This document shows, piece after piece, positions 27,003 to 40,036 of a stretch of 64,000 bases of DNA (position 1 is the first letter of the stretch; each line of letters starts with the position of its first letter). Made by a program: the position numbers and the translations under genes. Source of the DNA: Callorhinchus milii (taxonomy: Eukaryota); the NCBI RefSeq assembly GCF_018977255.1, contig NW_024704743.1, forward strand, positions 86,430,001 to 86,494,000, given 5' to 3'. The notes beneath the pieces are model-generated. The model was not told the origin of the DNA and searched no databases. It saw only the letters and a list, made by a program, of their open reading frames with translations.

Positions 27003-27390
27003 TATAATAATCCTTGAATTTAATACAGTGCTTTATCACTTCTTTGAGATATCTCAAAGTGCTTCACAGAATATACTGTAAAGTGAATTAACTGTATATT
27101 TTGTGGACGAATTTCTGTAGCCAATTGCACAGCAGTGTCCGACAAACAGTTGGGGATTGAGTGACCAAATTAATTATTTTATATATTTATTGATTGATTG
27201 ATTTTTTGGAAGGGATTACCCCCAGAAAGCGATTCGCCAATTGACTAACAACCAGGTTCCGACTTACTGTTAGGTAATCAGAGGAGTGTGGAGTGAAGAA
27301 ACTTTCCTAACATTTCGCCCTGCTTGGGAATCAAAACCAGGTCCTCTTGCTTGCGAGGCAAGTGCTCTAACCAATATACTACAGGACTCC
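27003..27390 (-). mobile_element. tRNA-derived SINE, older long subfamily
   Basis: aataatccttgaatttaatacag ... ctacaggactcc, with the central segment present. Confidence 0.85.
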
Positions 27391-29067
27391 ACAGGGAAGG
27401 GTTCATACTGTTCTAATAAAAAAAACAGCAGCAGGTCAGTCAGCATTTGAAAGGTTTAATATTTCAGCTATGGCATCAATAGAGGATTACATTAGTCTAT
27501 CTTTTTCGATCAAATGCTGACTGACTTAATATGGATTTATGGCAATTCTGCTTTTGCTTAAGTGGTTCTAAACTATTACACCATCCAGGGATTCTTTACT
27601 GTTAACAGCACATAACATCAAAGCATAAGGTTCAAAATGGTTGCTCATCATCTTACACAGACCCAAAATAGTTCAGCAAAAACACACACAGACTGAGCTA
27701 CCACTAAACTCAGAATTTCCCTAGCAGCCACCAACAGTTCCATGGAAAGTTCACACAAACTAATCAGCACAATACCCTTGGGCAAAACCACCTGAACTAG
27801 TTGCAATAGATCACTAAGTAAATCACTAGGTTGTTTTTTTTAGCCTGGAAGAGAACAAAGACTGTTGGTTAAAGTAGAATCATAATATTACAGTACATTT
27901 TAATTTAGCCCATCTTATCTGCGTTAACTCTGAAAGATTTAACAATTTAGTCCCACTTCCCTGCCTTTTCTCCACATCCCTGATAACAGACTGATTCCAT
28001 TATAGTGTACTTTGAAAAAGTGTGGGTCTGCTTGCAGTAAGTTTCGTAAGTTTATAATAAGCTGCATTCTGGTTTAAGAAGACTGGAGGTGCATTTTTAG
28101 ATTGCAGCATTGCCTGGTACATAACAATCATGCACTCTGTGGACAAGAAATGGCATCAAATCAATTCATATGATGCTCAGAGCATTCATAGGAAATTATG
28201 TTAGTGGCAACCTGATCCGACAACCTGGAAGTGATAATCAGTGGCCATTTTCCTAAATTTTCCATTGTAATGCAGGGTATGAGTTTATTATTGTAACTAT
28301 AATTCTATTATATCTATTATTCTCTTATAACCACCATGTTATGATATAGACAGTCTGTACATTTTTTCTTTTATCAAATAATTATTTAGTATTCTGCGAA
28401 AAGCTATTATGGGTTATGATTCAACCATGTTTTGTGAAAGGGGCATATATATATTTTAAAAAATTCTAACCTAATCTCTTTCTAAGTTTTAATTTTAGTT
28501 TGAATCATGCTGTTATTTTCCCAATTGCGTTTTTCTAGAGGGATCTTATGTCTGGCCCTTTCTACTGTGCGTACCTCAACTCTGGACCAGAGACACTCAA
28601 GTACAAAGCTATTCCTTCATAATTCAGTCAGCTCTCATGTCACCCTTCCAAAATCAGGACCCTCCACTCATTGCAAGATAATTACAATTTCTTGGTCATT
28701 AGTAAATTTAATCAGAGAAGAAGAGGTATATGAGTTCAGGGAAATATTCCAAGGAACTGCTCCTCCGATCCCTCATGACAGAGGACCCAAATACCTTTGA
28801 GTATCACCAATTATAAAGAGAAGAAATCTTTCATTGCAATAATCATAAAACTGTTATCATATGCATGTTTTGCCACCATATCACAACCATGTGTACCATT
28901 CAATCAATATATTCCACAGATTACTAGTGATACAAAGGTATAGATACAATTTCCTATATAACTTCCTGCCATTTTTACTGCAACATTCTCACTTTGTAAT
29001 CTATTCTAACACACTCTCAATCTGTCAGGATTTCTAATAAATAATAATAATCCTTGCATTTAATATA

Positions 29068-29390
29068 GAGTCCTGTAGGTCAGTGGTTAGAGCACTCGCT
29101 TTGCAAGCGAGAGACCTGAGTTCAATTCCAGGCAGGGCGAAACCTTGGGCAAGTTTCCTTACTCCACATGCCTAATAATAATCCCTCCAAAAAACCAAAA
29201 CAATAATAAATTGGTCATTTTCAATCTACGACTGTTTGTGGGACATTGCTGTGCGCAATTGGCTGCCGCGTTCGCCCACAAATATACAGTCAATTCACTT
29301 TACAGTGTGTTCTGTGAAGCGCTTTGGGACGTCCTCCCGATGTGAAAAGTGCTATATCAAATGCAAGGATTATTATTATTATTATTATTA
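29068..29390 (+). mobile_element. Young full-length SINE nested in an opposite-strand SINE
   Basis: Complete + copy flanked by a minus-strand tail (29036-29067) and a minus-strand head (29398-29527). Confidence 0.9.
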
Positions 29391-29397
29391 TATTGCT

Positions 29398-29527
29398 TTT
29401 TTTTCTTGAGGGATTATTATCAGGTATGTGGAGTAAGGAAACTTGCCCAAGGTTTCGCCCTGCCCGGAATTGAACCAAGGTCTCTCGCTTGCAAGGTGAG
29501 TGCTCTAACCACTGAGCTATAGGACTC
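29398..29527 (-). mobile_element. SINE 5' head (tRNA-related part) of the disrupted host element
   Basis: gagggattattatcagg...ggagtaaggaaacttgcccaaggtttcgccctg...ccactgagctataggactc. Confidence 0.88.
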
Positions 29528-30564
29528 AATAACTTGCCAGTTTAATAAATACTAGCAAACCTTCAGAACTAAGATGCCTTGGTTCATGGTATGATGGTTT
29601 CTGAGAGAGAATCTATCAGCGATGTTTGGTATTGAGCAGTCCTAAATTTAGCCCCAAATTGCCTATTAGCAGTGAGCACGACTGATGTTCAAAATTATGC
29701 CAAAGCTCCAAAGTGCTATTTGTCCAGAGTTTATAAATGGTAAATTATAAACTCATCTGTCAAAATAACACACTGCTAATGTTTGCTTAAGTCATCCTGG
29801 AGATAAACCAATTTTAATTTAGAAAGATAAAATATCATATTTTCATTTTCTGGGAGCATTTTTCAAAACAAAGAACATTAGGAATGTCATTTATGATGTT
29901 TTTCTGACTGTGTTTTCCCCTTTTTAAACCCAGGAGAAATAGAACTTCTCCAATAGCACAGAACAAAGACACTAATCCAAACAGAAATAAAGGAGGTTCT
30001 AAAGATATTGGATCATACTTTACCAGCAGTTAGGAAAGTGAAAAATGGCCAATTATAAATGCAGTGAGAATTATTTCAGAATTATTCCCAGATATTTGCA
30101 ATCGCCATTTGTGTCATGTTATCTTTGAGAGACATTCATTTACTTAATCATAAATTGAGTAATTGTCAAAAAGTACTGTGAGTTATAGTTAGAAATATAA
30201 ACTGCTTCAAAGTTGAGCCAAGCCTTTGTTCAAACAGTTTAGCTCCAGCTCAGATTTGTTTATTATTTTTGAAAAGTACAATTTTTACTTAATGAAAGAA
30301 AATGTGATCTTCCTGTCAAACGAACAAAGGAAGTGAAAACAGGCCAAACTTGTCACATAAATAATAATAATCCCAGCGTTTGATATTGTCCAATGCCACA
30401 TCAAAATACCTTGTTATAGGCAAACATGAGCCTGTTTGCCTACACAATACACAGTCACTATACTTTACACTGAATCCTATGAAGTGATTTGAGATGTCCT
30501 CCCCCAACGTAAATTATTATTACCCCTAAATTCAGCAGTTACTCATGTTAGTTACTCATTTGGC

Positions 30565-30922
30565 AGCATAGCGGTTAGCATGCTCACTTCGCAAGCGAGC
30601 AGACCTGGGTTCAATTCCGAGGGGGGGAACCTTAGGCAAGTTTCCTTACTGCACATGCCGCTGTTTACTAACAGTAAGTAGGAACCCAGTTGTCAGTCGA
30701 TTGGCAGATCATTTTTCAGAGGTAATAATCTCTCCAAAAAATATATATAATAAATTTGGGCACTCAATCTACGACAGTTTGTGGGACACTGCTGTGTGCA
30801 TTTGCCTGCCATATTTTGCCCACAAAATACAATCAATCCACTTTACAATATATTCTGTGAAGCGCTTTGAGATGTAGCAACGATGATAAGGTGTTATATT
30901 AAATGAAAATATCATTATTATT
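30565..30922 (+). mobile_element. tRNA-derived SINE, older long subfamily
   Basis: gcggttagcatgctcacttcgcaagcgagcagacctgggttcaattcc head, central segment and tail. Confidence 0.8.
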
Positions 30923-32934
30923 AGGTATATTGAGATCAGGTGTTAATCACCTGATGGAATTGATTCGAATCAGGATATAAAAGCCTGACCATTGACTGAG
31001 TTCAGGGAAGATATTGGGAGATGAATTCCAGAAGTGTACTTGCTATGGGACTGAATTAAACAATTTGGAATACATCCACAGAGTGGTGTATCTTACTTCC
31101 TCATAGAATCATAATAACTGACATAACTGACATATATTCCTCATTCTGAACTGAAATAATTCAAAATAACTGGATTTTCCATTTTTGTTTAGGATCCAGA
31201 GTCAATAAATCCACCCTAGTTTGGATGAACTGAAATGAACTTCTGATCTAAGCTGGTTCACTCATTCTGAACAGTCATCACTTCATTTGGATGAAAGTCC
31301 CAAATGCCCAATATAGGTAGGAAATGCTCTTTGATTCTGAAACTACTTGGTATAATTTGTTAAAATTATTATTGGCTTGAAAATTTTTAAGATAATAGTG
31401 TAACATAATGCTTTCACCCCAAAACATCCCAGTTCCAACCCTTAGCTTGTGTTAACAATCTGTCCATCATTGTTGGGTGGTGATATATATTGATTTGTTT
31501 TATTGCAACTGCTTCATAGTCCTCCTGAGAGCAAATGGACAACAAACTTCAACATGTTGCATTTATAATATACCTTTCACATAGGATAAGGCCCCAAAGC
31601 ACTTTACAGGGACTATGTGGAAAAGTGAGCAAGGTGGGGAGAAGGGGGAGAGTTGAAGATATTAAGTTTTAGAAGAATTTTTGAGAAAAATGTTTATGAT
31701 ACACCATATGCACATGTATATGATTGATAACTGTGAAGCATCCTTCATTGTCTTCTCAATAATGATTCGAAGATCATGATATAAGATTTGTTAAATATTG
31801 TTCAGAGTGCCCCAATAGCTCAGTGAGTAACTGCATTAGTGATGATCCACTGAGTAGAAAGGTTTTGTATTTGATGCTTAGCATGTGCTGAGTTTGTTGT
31901 TCTTGGTCAGTGCAGTACAGAGAGAATTGGCATTGACCTAAAGTCCTTAGGTTATCAAGAAAACATAACCAGGTTTCCTGTTCTTGCTATCTAATGGGCA
32001 TGTGTTTACAGAATTAAACTGGGCAGTAAGCATTTCTTTAATGTCATAGCCATATGTTAAGTATTGTTAATCATATCACGAACTAGTGACTCACTTCCTT
32101 GGACTGAGCTGACTTCAAAGTGACATGCCTGGCAATGAAATATCAGAATTAATGAAATCCTCTGGTGGTCTGAGTAGTTTGGTTTTTGAGCGGGGCAATG
32201 TAAACCAAAAAGGAAGTCTGGCAGTATGTTAAACATAAATCGTTGCATTTGACATAGTACATTATCATATCATTGAGACATCTCAAAATATATCACTGAA
32301 TATGTTGTAAACCGTATATTTTGTGTTAACAGATCTTGGAGGAATGGACAAATTTAGTGGAGGCTGTTAAGCCTGTAAACCAAAGAACCAATGGCAGTGT
32401 GGTCCAAGCTGGACAGGCAGCGTGAAGCTTTGCAATGGTTTAGTTGGTTCAGCTCCAGTAATAGCCCCACTGCAGGCTCTAGTATTCCCAAGCAATTGGT
32501 TTTGCCACCCTACGCTTAAAATCTCTGCCAAACAAATATAAATTTGCATATATATGTAAAATTCTTAATTGTTTGATTTGGATATTTTTAGGCATAGCGA
32601 TCAGTTTCTGCGTGTGTCAGACACCAAAAAAAAGCCTAATGAGAATCCCATACAATATAAAGAATGGCCTCTGGAGCAAGTTTCAAGAGGACAGCAGACA
32701 CTCAAAGAAATGCACCTCAAAATAGGTAGTACTTTAAGAGATGAGAAAACTAGAGGAAGCAAAAGTCAAAGTAAACCCTAGTAGTATTTTACATCATAAT
32801 GCGTAGGCAACACATGGGTATACTATTCTGGTGGGAGAACAAGATTAACTTAAATATGGTACCCAATTTTTCTGGCAAATTGTAGCCCATAATTTGTGGC
32901 TCTCTATATATTACTATTTCACCACCACTTGTAC

Positions 32935-32973
32935 TACCCACCCATCCACCTACCTACCAACCAACCAACCACC
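32935..32973 (+). repeat. Compound tetranucleotide microsatellite (CCAC/CCAT/CCTA/CCAA)
   Basis: tacccacccatccacctacctaccaaccaaccaaccacc. Confidence 0.7.
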
Positions 32974-33399
32974 TAGTTATGTGAGTGTTGACTGTCGTGG
33001 AAATCTTGCAAAGCTTCTGTGTTCTAAATGCGAGTTCATGGACTAGAGCCCACTAATAATAAAGAGCAGCCAAAATCTTGCCTGCTCAGTGTAAAATATT
33101 ACAGAAAAATGGCAGGAAAGTAACTGCAACTGACAAGAAATGTAAGTTAAAGTGGTAGTACAATTAATCAACTAATTTTTAATGGCTGTTGCTGTAGAAA
33201 ATTGGAGGTCAATGCACGCCTAATTATTAGGCACAAAATGCGAAAGCATTTGTCTCATAATTGGTCAGAATGACATATAATTGAGATTTATTTTTGCTAT
33301 GTTCTTTAAGCAACAGATAAACTTGGCCCTACTGTTTAAGACGCAATTAATGGATTCACCAATTGCTGTCTTAAGGAGATTCTAAGTTCTCTAGAAACT

Positions 33400-34760
33400 G
33401 GACCAACCTTGTTCCAGAAGGCCATGGAGTAATGCACAGTTGTCAATTCCACTAGACGGTGCTTCACCTGGGATCATTGTATTTGGGTAACTTTTCAAAT
33501 AAGCGTGAATTGTGACACACTTGGAAGCAAGTGGCAGGAATCCACAAACCATGTCAACCCTTAGAATATGTTGAACACTGGGGCTAAACAGGAATCCACT
33601 GCTAGCAATAAATTGATCTCAATACAAAAACAAAAGCTGTTTAATGCAAATCGTTCAATATATATCATTACCCAAACAAATCCGGAAATTAGATTCCACC
33701 ACCAAGAAGAAATACTTGACCTCTGCTTACCCATCCCTTCCATCACCATTGATTTCATTAAGTATAGGGGAAAGTTGAACTTGATGTCCCACCACATACT
33801 GCTATCATGTTGGTTCTCCAATAATTTGGGTCAATAAATATCATATATCTGCCCACTCAAAGTGGTTTGTAAATTTCTATCCATGTACTTAGTGTCAGCA
33901 TCCTTGAAGCACACATGGCAGAAAGGAAACATTCACCTGAGTTGTCACCACCAGCATTCTTTTTGTCACTTCAAAGAGCTATACAAGAGTAACCACAACA
34001 TAATGTTTGCATTCTTTCCAGTCATATATGTCAGAATACTGAAAGCAATCATTCTTTTTAGAATCATCGCTGGTCTGAGTGAGGAAATTAAAACCATTCA
34101 ACTTTCAGCAACATTGTTCAGGCATCAGTATATAGGTCCTAAATGTCAGCTTCCAATGGGATTCTTCAATGTTCTCCTTCATAAGGAAAGAATCTCATTA
34201 GAAGTGCATTTTACCTAAGATCAGTGTGATGCATGTCATCTGTCCGAAGCAGGGGTAAGTTTCTGCATCAAAACATTGGAATAATTTCAGATCCCAATTA
34301 ACCAGATCAATGCAGTCAAAGTTATTAAAATCAATGCAAACTTTTTTTATTTTGCGTTCGATAATTGTCTGTTATGAAACATTACATTTTGTATGGTGAT
34401 ATATGGAAATTGAACAAGAACCGGATTGGGCAAATCTGTGGTGCTCCCACTATCAAATGATTTGATAGTGATAAGTCTCAGGGTTTAGACTTATACAGGC
34501 CAAACTAATTCTGGCCTTATACAATGTTAACACATGTGAACCTCAAAAAAACAGTCACAGTGGATTAGCAGTAGCATGAGCTTTGGATGATTTACTCCTC
34601 TCTGAACAAGCTGAGCATAGCTCTTGTAGTGCTGTGACTGAGATCCGATAACTGAATACTGATCAGGAATTGTGAGCTTTCTGGAATTATACAACGTTTA
34701 TAGCAAGAAGAATGTCATCATGTGGGCTGTTATTTCTAGTCTCTAGAGATCAGGTACTCA
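33400..34760 (-). mobile_element. Decayed hAT-superfamily transposase fossil (tentative)
   Basis: Motif remnants in hAT order across frameshifts and stops: FITDN (~34370), YPCFG (~34250), *DSFLM for WNS..M (~34190), DW...K..V..L..FE.TK (~34015), MAFWNK (~33420). Recognised by eye only. Confidence 0.45.
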
Positions 34761-34834
34761 GTGAATTACAAAACACATCTTTTGTTTTTGTTACATTTAC
34801 ATTTTAAAGTCAAGATGTAAGTTTCAAAGACCAC

Positions 34835-35051
34835 TAGCCTGAAATTCGACCTAGTCTTAGCATGTAGTAACATTTTGTCATAACATTAAGACCATGCAGA
34901 ACTGTGAAAAAGTTTTAAATTCAGTGTGAAACTAGAAGCCATTTTTTCCGCAGTTCTTAGAAAGAGCAAGCTTCCAAATAAAGTCAGAGTTTTCCACAAT
35001 ATTGAACAATCTTAAATTATACTGTTAAAGATTAGATGGAATTTTGGGTCT
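34835..35051. mobile_element. MITE-like old repeat with degenerate terminal inverted repeats
   Basis: tagcctgaaattcgac ... gatggaattttgggtct. Internal aagaccatgcagaa is shared with 16908-16921. Confidence 0.4.
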
Positions 35052-35229
35052 GCATTGTAAATAATGTACATTCAATTTGAAGCAAAAAATGTACTTCCCT
35101 TCCAGATTAGTCTCCCTCAGAGATTTGTGTAGTAAATGAAGAGAGATTTCTAGATCCGGTTACATACCCTGGGAGCTCAAAAGGATGTACACAGTTTGAC
35201 CCATCACAGATTACAAGGTTATTTGTTAC

Positions 35230-35351
35230 CTGTTCTTTTCATTCAGTTTATTTATTTCATTGGTTTGAAGAAGCAACTGTTTCTCCAACTTGTTTGTGGA
35301 CAGAGAATTTTCCAAAAGCTGAATTTCAAGTCTCGATGTATGATTCAACAC
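35230..35351 (-). CDS. ANGPT1: Angiopoietin exon 3: VLNHTSRLEIQLLENSLSTNKLEKQLLLQTNEINKLNEKN(S)
   Basis: Not in the ORF track; read from the reverse complement. Acceptor gattttttttag|GTG, donor AACAG|gtaaca, 122 nt, ends in phase 2 matching exon 4. Confidence 0.95.
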
Positions 35352-35569
35352 CTAAAAAAAATCATTAAACGATTATTGCTTTTTCTTTACATAAACAAAT
35401 GTCAATAAGAACTCATTACAAAAACATGTTACACTATCACTTGAAATTGAAACATTCATAGACTTACCAAAGAAAGAAGACATACAAAACTATGGAAATT
35501 ATTTTTCGCAAATCGCACCAACAATTTCATTTGATTTTCACACACTTGCATTGTCTTTTATCCTCACTA

Positions 35570-35992
35570 CAATTTTCTTTCCTCCTTTCTTGAAAGCATT
35601 GAATCTCACTGGTCTATGGCTGTGTGGATGCTGGTTACCCTAATCAGTGAGCATTGATATTCAGTGCAAACCTGAGAGGGGAAGAGGGAGAAAATCTTAG
35701 CCAGGTATCATCATGTCTCACCTGACTTCCACAAGCATGCATGCCCTTTATAGGGGGACCGCAGGATAATGACATGGATCAGAAACCTTGACTGATATTC
35801 CCCTCCATAGATGAGGAACCTTGACTGATATTCCACTCCATATATCAGAAACACTTATCGTAATTGTAGTTCTCTTTCTGCTCCCCTGGTTGAGATCAGT
35901 TAACTCAACTCAGACGGTGGAACCTGAAACCTCCCCAGTTTGTATGGCTCAGTTTCACACTGAGCAGTGACTTTATCCATTACACCATCAGA
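35570..35992 (-). mobile_element. Second, older tRNA-head SINE-like family, near full length, with an internal ~34 bp tandem duplication
   Basis: Reverse strand reads actgagccatacaaactggggaggtttcaggttcc...gagttaactgatctcaacc. Related pieces at 43590-43800, 46650-46850, 22510-22600, 24600-24710, 31810-31990 and 52420-52500. Confidence 0.6.
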
Positions 35993-38498
35993 TGAATCAT
36001 TTGGACTAATTTTGAGGGGTTAAGGTCAAGCAGCAAAAATGTTTTTTCTAATCCCTGTGACTATCAATGGGACAGTTTATCAAAGTGACGCAATTCTGAC
36101 AATTTGAATTCTGACACAACCTGGGATTCTTCCCATTTGGCTCCCAATCTATATTGATACAAATCTGGGTAAAATTACTCAAAACTGTTGTGTATTTTTG
36201 CATTGTTTTGATCTGCAGTTTGATCCCTTCATTTATTCAAAAATGATGTTTCATTCCCACTTGGGTGGGGGTGGTTGGGGTCGATGGGAGTGGGGGGGGG
36301 CAGAGGGAATTAACTCAGGTCTTTTTGAGGCTGAGTTGTCTCCAAGGTTGAATTAAGTTGATCCTCTGTTGGTGTATAAACACAGAAGTCTCTGGGAACA
36401 CACGGCGGGTCAGGCAGAATCCATGGAGAAAGGAAAATTAGTTAATATTTCAGATCAATGACTTTTCGTCACTCTGTTGGGGTGTTAGTAGTATAGTACC
36501 TGAATCAAGACACTGTTGATAATGGACAAACCAGTCTGACATATTGGCAAGACTTGGAGGAACAGACCAGTCACTGTGGGCTGGGATTCTTCCCATTTGA
36601 CTCCCACAAACCAAGGCCCTAACTGGCTAGCTATACAGGTAGCAGGAAGCTTATCAATGCGTGTAATGGGAAGTTGCAAACTTCAAGTTGTTTAAATGAC
36701 AGCATTACTCCATGCACACTCTAAGCCCTTAGAACTCGTTAACCTGCATTTAAACTCATGTAAATAGGGTAGGTCCCTTTAGGAAGAGATAGTTCACACT
36801 CCATACCGAATATAAATTTCCAAATATTTATTTTGCGGCTGTTAAAGCACAATTAATAGTTTCTATGTTAAATGCTCAGCTGATCAAAATAAATGCATAA
36901 CTGCTCTTCTTGAAATAGTAGCATGATTGTACATTCATTTGAAGGATGTCCTCTCCAGCAATAGGTACCTATTTCTGTACGGCACTGGAGAAATGAAGAC
37001 AAGTCCTACGGGTCTTGAAACCCAACTTCCTGACCATATGGGAGAGTAATTCCCAGTGAGCCATTTTGACACTGAGGTTAAAAATGCAGAAGTCAGAATA
37101 GGATTCACAAAAGATTTATAAATATTGAATTCTGCCTGTAACCGGATGTGTCAGGCCAATCTGCAAGAATTCTTATCTGACACAATCTCCTTTGTGAATA
37201 CTGCATTTTTGACCCCACTGTGACATTTTGATTGTAACAGGATGACATTGAAACAGATTTACTGAATGCTGTTTCTGTTGCTTGTCCCATGTTGGGACTT
37301 TCCCCAAATGAGTAATTTTATCAGCAGGTGGTAGTTTATCAATTCACTAAGTTTGGGCGTAGAGAGGTGATATGATTGTACCATTACTGTTACTGATATC
37401 TGGGAGGGGAAATTGCAGGTCAGTTTCATGGTGCGTTGTTCAACCATTTTATGAGTTCAGAAAAAGCAAACCGACTTTGATGCATCTAATTCTGAGAAAT
37501 AAAAATAGCAGAATATTTGAATTGGTTTGTGATCTTGGGGGGAAATGTGCAGTATGTGATGTGATAATTACCATTAGTGACAATCGTCATATTACAAACC
37601 CCATATTTCCCCTTTTATTTCATATGATTTTCATTTTTTCTCTCACCCCACCCCTCCACATGTTGATGCATTACTAGGGTTGTGGAAATGTAGAATGCTC
37701 TGCCTCAGAAAGTGGTAGAGATGCAATCAATAGAGGTATTTATGAGAATTAGATAAATACTAGGATATGACAAAAGAGAGGATATTGGGATTAAAAGATA
37801 TTAAAAGATCTTTCAAGTGAAAACACATTTTACTTGTGTGACATCATGAATAGGAGCAATTGGTGAGGTCAGTGCTCCACATTCAGGTTGTCACAGAAGG
37901 GTGAAGTTCAATATAAATGGTTGCTCTTAAGCTGCTTTGAAGAAAATGCTGAGAAACACCAGTGAGACCATGGCAACAACAACAAATTACATTTATTTAG
38001 CAGCTTTCACTTTGGGAGGTGCTGCAATACTAGAAAGCTTCAGATGACGAAAACCCTTCAGCCCTTTTGATCTCCTTCCACAATACCCACCCAACCACCT
38101 GCACATGTAATTATCACATCACATACTGCATTTTCCAACCCAACGAGCAATTAAACATGATCCCCATTAAGGTAAAGCTACAGCTATGTTTTGTTAACTT
38201 CAGAAAGTCATTTAGGATTTTGTGATCTTGAAATTGTTTATTTACATTTTCTCAGCTGTGTTTCTGTGCCAAGGTTGTTGTAAACCATTAAAACATAGTT
38301 GTTAAATATTCTCTAACTGGATAAAACACTGGCGATATACTTACAAGAATCATTCAGTCGTGTGACTGCTGACAGTGCATTTTTGAAGCCTACTTATTTA
38401 GCTTGGAAAGACTGCTTAAAACTCAGTGTTATTCTGGCTGGATTAGTGTGAATCCATGTGCTGTGTAGAATGTAGAATTTGACCCCCGAGCGACATAC

Positions 38499-38654
38499 CT
38501 GCGTTTCAACATCTGTGAGTTTGCGTGTCTGTTCTGCTGTCTGACTCAACAGACTGGTGCCTATCTCCAACATAGTGGCTGTGTGGTTCTGGACGGCATT
38601 CTGTTGTATCTGAGCCATCTCCATCTTCATGCTCTCTTGAATGTAGTTTTCAAG
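38499..38654 (-). CDS. ANGPT1: Angiopoietin exon 2 (coiled coil): LENYIQESMKMEMAQIQQNAVQNHTATMLEIGTSLLSQTAEQTRKLTDVETQ
   Basis: Acceptor ttttactgtgttgcag|CTT, donor CAG|gtatgt, 156 nt, phase 0/0. Nearly identical to the ANGPT1 motif QNAVQNHTATMLEIGTSLLSQTAEQTRKLTDVETQ. Confidence 0.95.
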
Positions 38655-39682
38655 CTGCAACACAGTAAAAGGATTAGACTAAGATTAATAGGCCTCATCG
38701 AATAGATTACCTAAGAGTTATGGAGCTCCTGAAATCAATTTCACTGAGAGTATTAGGTAACAAAACCAAAACCAACACACAAACCTCCCATAATAATAAA
38801 AAACAAGCCCTAGGAATGCATGGCATTTCTATTTTCACCTGAGGTTCATTCTCCAAATGCAACGCTTCAACATAGGAATTCTAAAGAAGGGCACATATGT
38901 TAAGTTGGATTTTAAAACATGGATATATGTTTATTCAAGGATTATTAACATTATATAGCAAGAACTCAGTTGCTCCAAGCACTGAATAGCCCTCAGAGAT
39001 AGAATTTATCCCTAAAGGCTGTGGATATGAATGAAATCTTCCCATTCTATTACAGAAATGGAAACCATGCTTTTAAATTCACTGCAACTCTTACAACTAT
39101 CCAAACCTGATTGTTATGCACCTCGGGTCATCTTCACTGTGACCTAATTGACAAAATGCTTCAAACATCAGCAATAATAATTTTAATTTAAAAAAGTCTG
39201 TAAAAAATAAGACCTTTCCTTCACAGACTTCAAAAATGAGAAGCAATTCTTAAACACAAATGCCAATGGCAAAAAACAGCCAAACAGCAGAATAGTTGAA
39301 GCCAGATGTTGAATGGCTGAGTACAGACTAATAATGTAGGGGGTGGGCTCCTTTCATCTTATCTGTAAGCATTCCATTAAAGATAATTAAGCTGTGAAGG
39401 AGGCATATTTATGAACAGTGTAACTTCAGTTGCAATTCATTTAAGACTGATCCAGATTAGATAGGAAACTAATCTGCCAGGACTACAAAATCATTCTGAT
39501 TGATTGCGTACTTGTTCTCATTACAGCTGGACATAAATTATAAATCTGTCAAACGTGGAAAAACCAGAAAGGACACTTACAAGCATTCTTGGATGGTGGA
39601 GATTGAATTTATCTTCGACTCTGATATTCAATATTCAGGATTTTAATAGTCAAAATGGAGAGAAAGCTATTGAGGTGACAAT

Positions 39683-40001
39683 GGAGTCCTGTAGCTCAGT
39701 GGTTAGAGCACTCGCTTTGCAAGTGAGAGACCTGAGTTCAATTTCAGGCAGGGCGAAACCTTGGGCAAGTTTCCTTACTCCACACGCCTAATAATAATCC
39801 CTCCAAAACCCAAAACAATAATAAATTGGTCATTTTCAATCTACGACTGTTTGTGGGACATTGCTGTGCGCAATTGGCTGCCGCGTTCGCCCACAAATAC
39901 ACAGTCAATTCACTTTACAGTGTGTTCTGTGAAGCGCTTTGGGACGTCCTCCCGACGTGAAAAGCGCTATATCAAATGCAAGGATTATTATTATTATTAT
40001 T
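39683..40001 (+). mobile_element. Young full-length tRNA(Ala)-derived SINE
   Basis: Near-identical to the other young copies, CpGs largely intact. Confidence 0.93.
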
Positions 40002-40036
40002 AAATGTAATCACAATGCTGCCTAAATTGGCAACTT

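Larger units (their letters stand above)
3669..38654 (-). other. ANGPT1: Angiopoietin gene (ANGPT1-like), partial: internal coding exons 2-7; gene extends beyond both window ends
   Basis: Six exons of 156/122/233/119/102/167 nt join into one open frame with GT-AG introns of 3147, 10215, 10765, 4366 and 5594 nt. Five sizes equal those I recall for human ANGPT1 exons 2-7 (156/122/233/128/102/167). ANGPT1 versus an ANGPT4-lineage paralog is not fully resolved. Confidence 0.85.

Noticed and set aside
36121..36606. 26 bp repeat ctgggattcttcccattt.ctccca at 36121 and 36581
   Set aside because: Too short to interpret; likely remnants of an old repeat.
38394..38663. ORF-track 89 aa entry as a standalone gene
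   Set aside because: Only 38499-38654 is exon; the start and the tail after the donor are intronic read-through. The same applies to 24774-24989 and 13868-14068.
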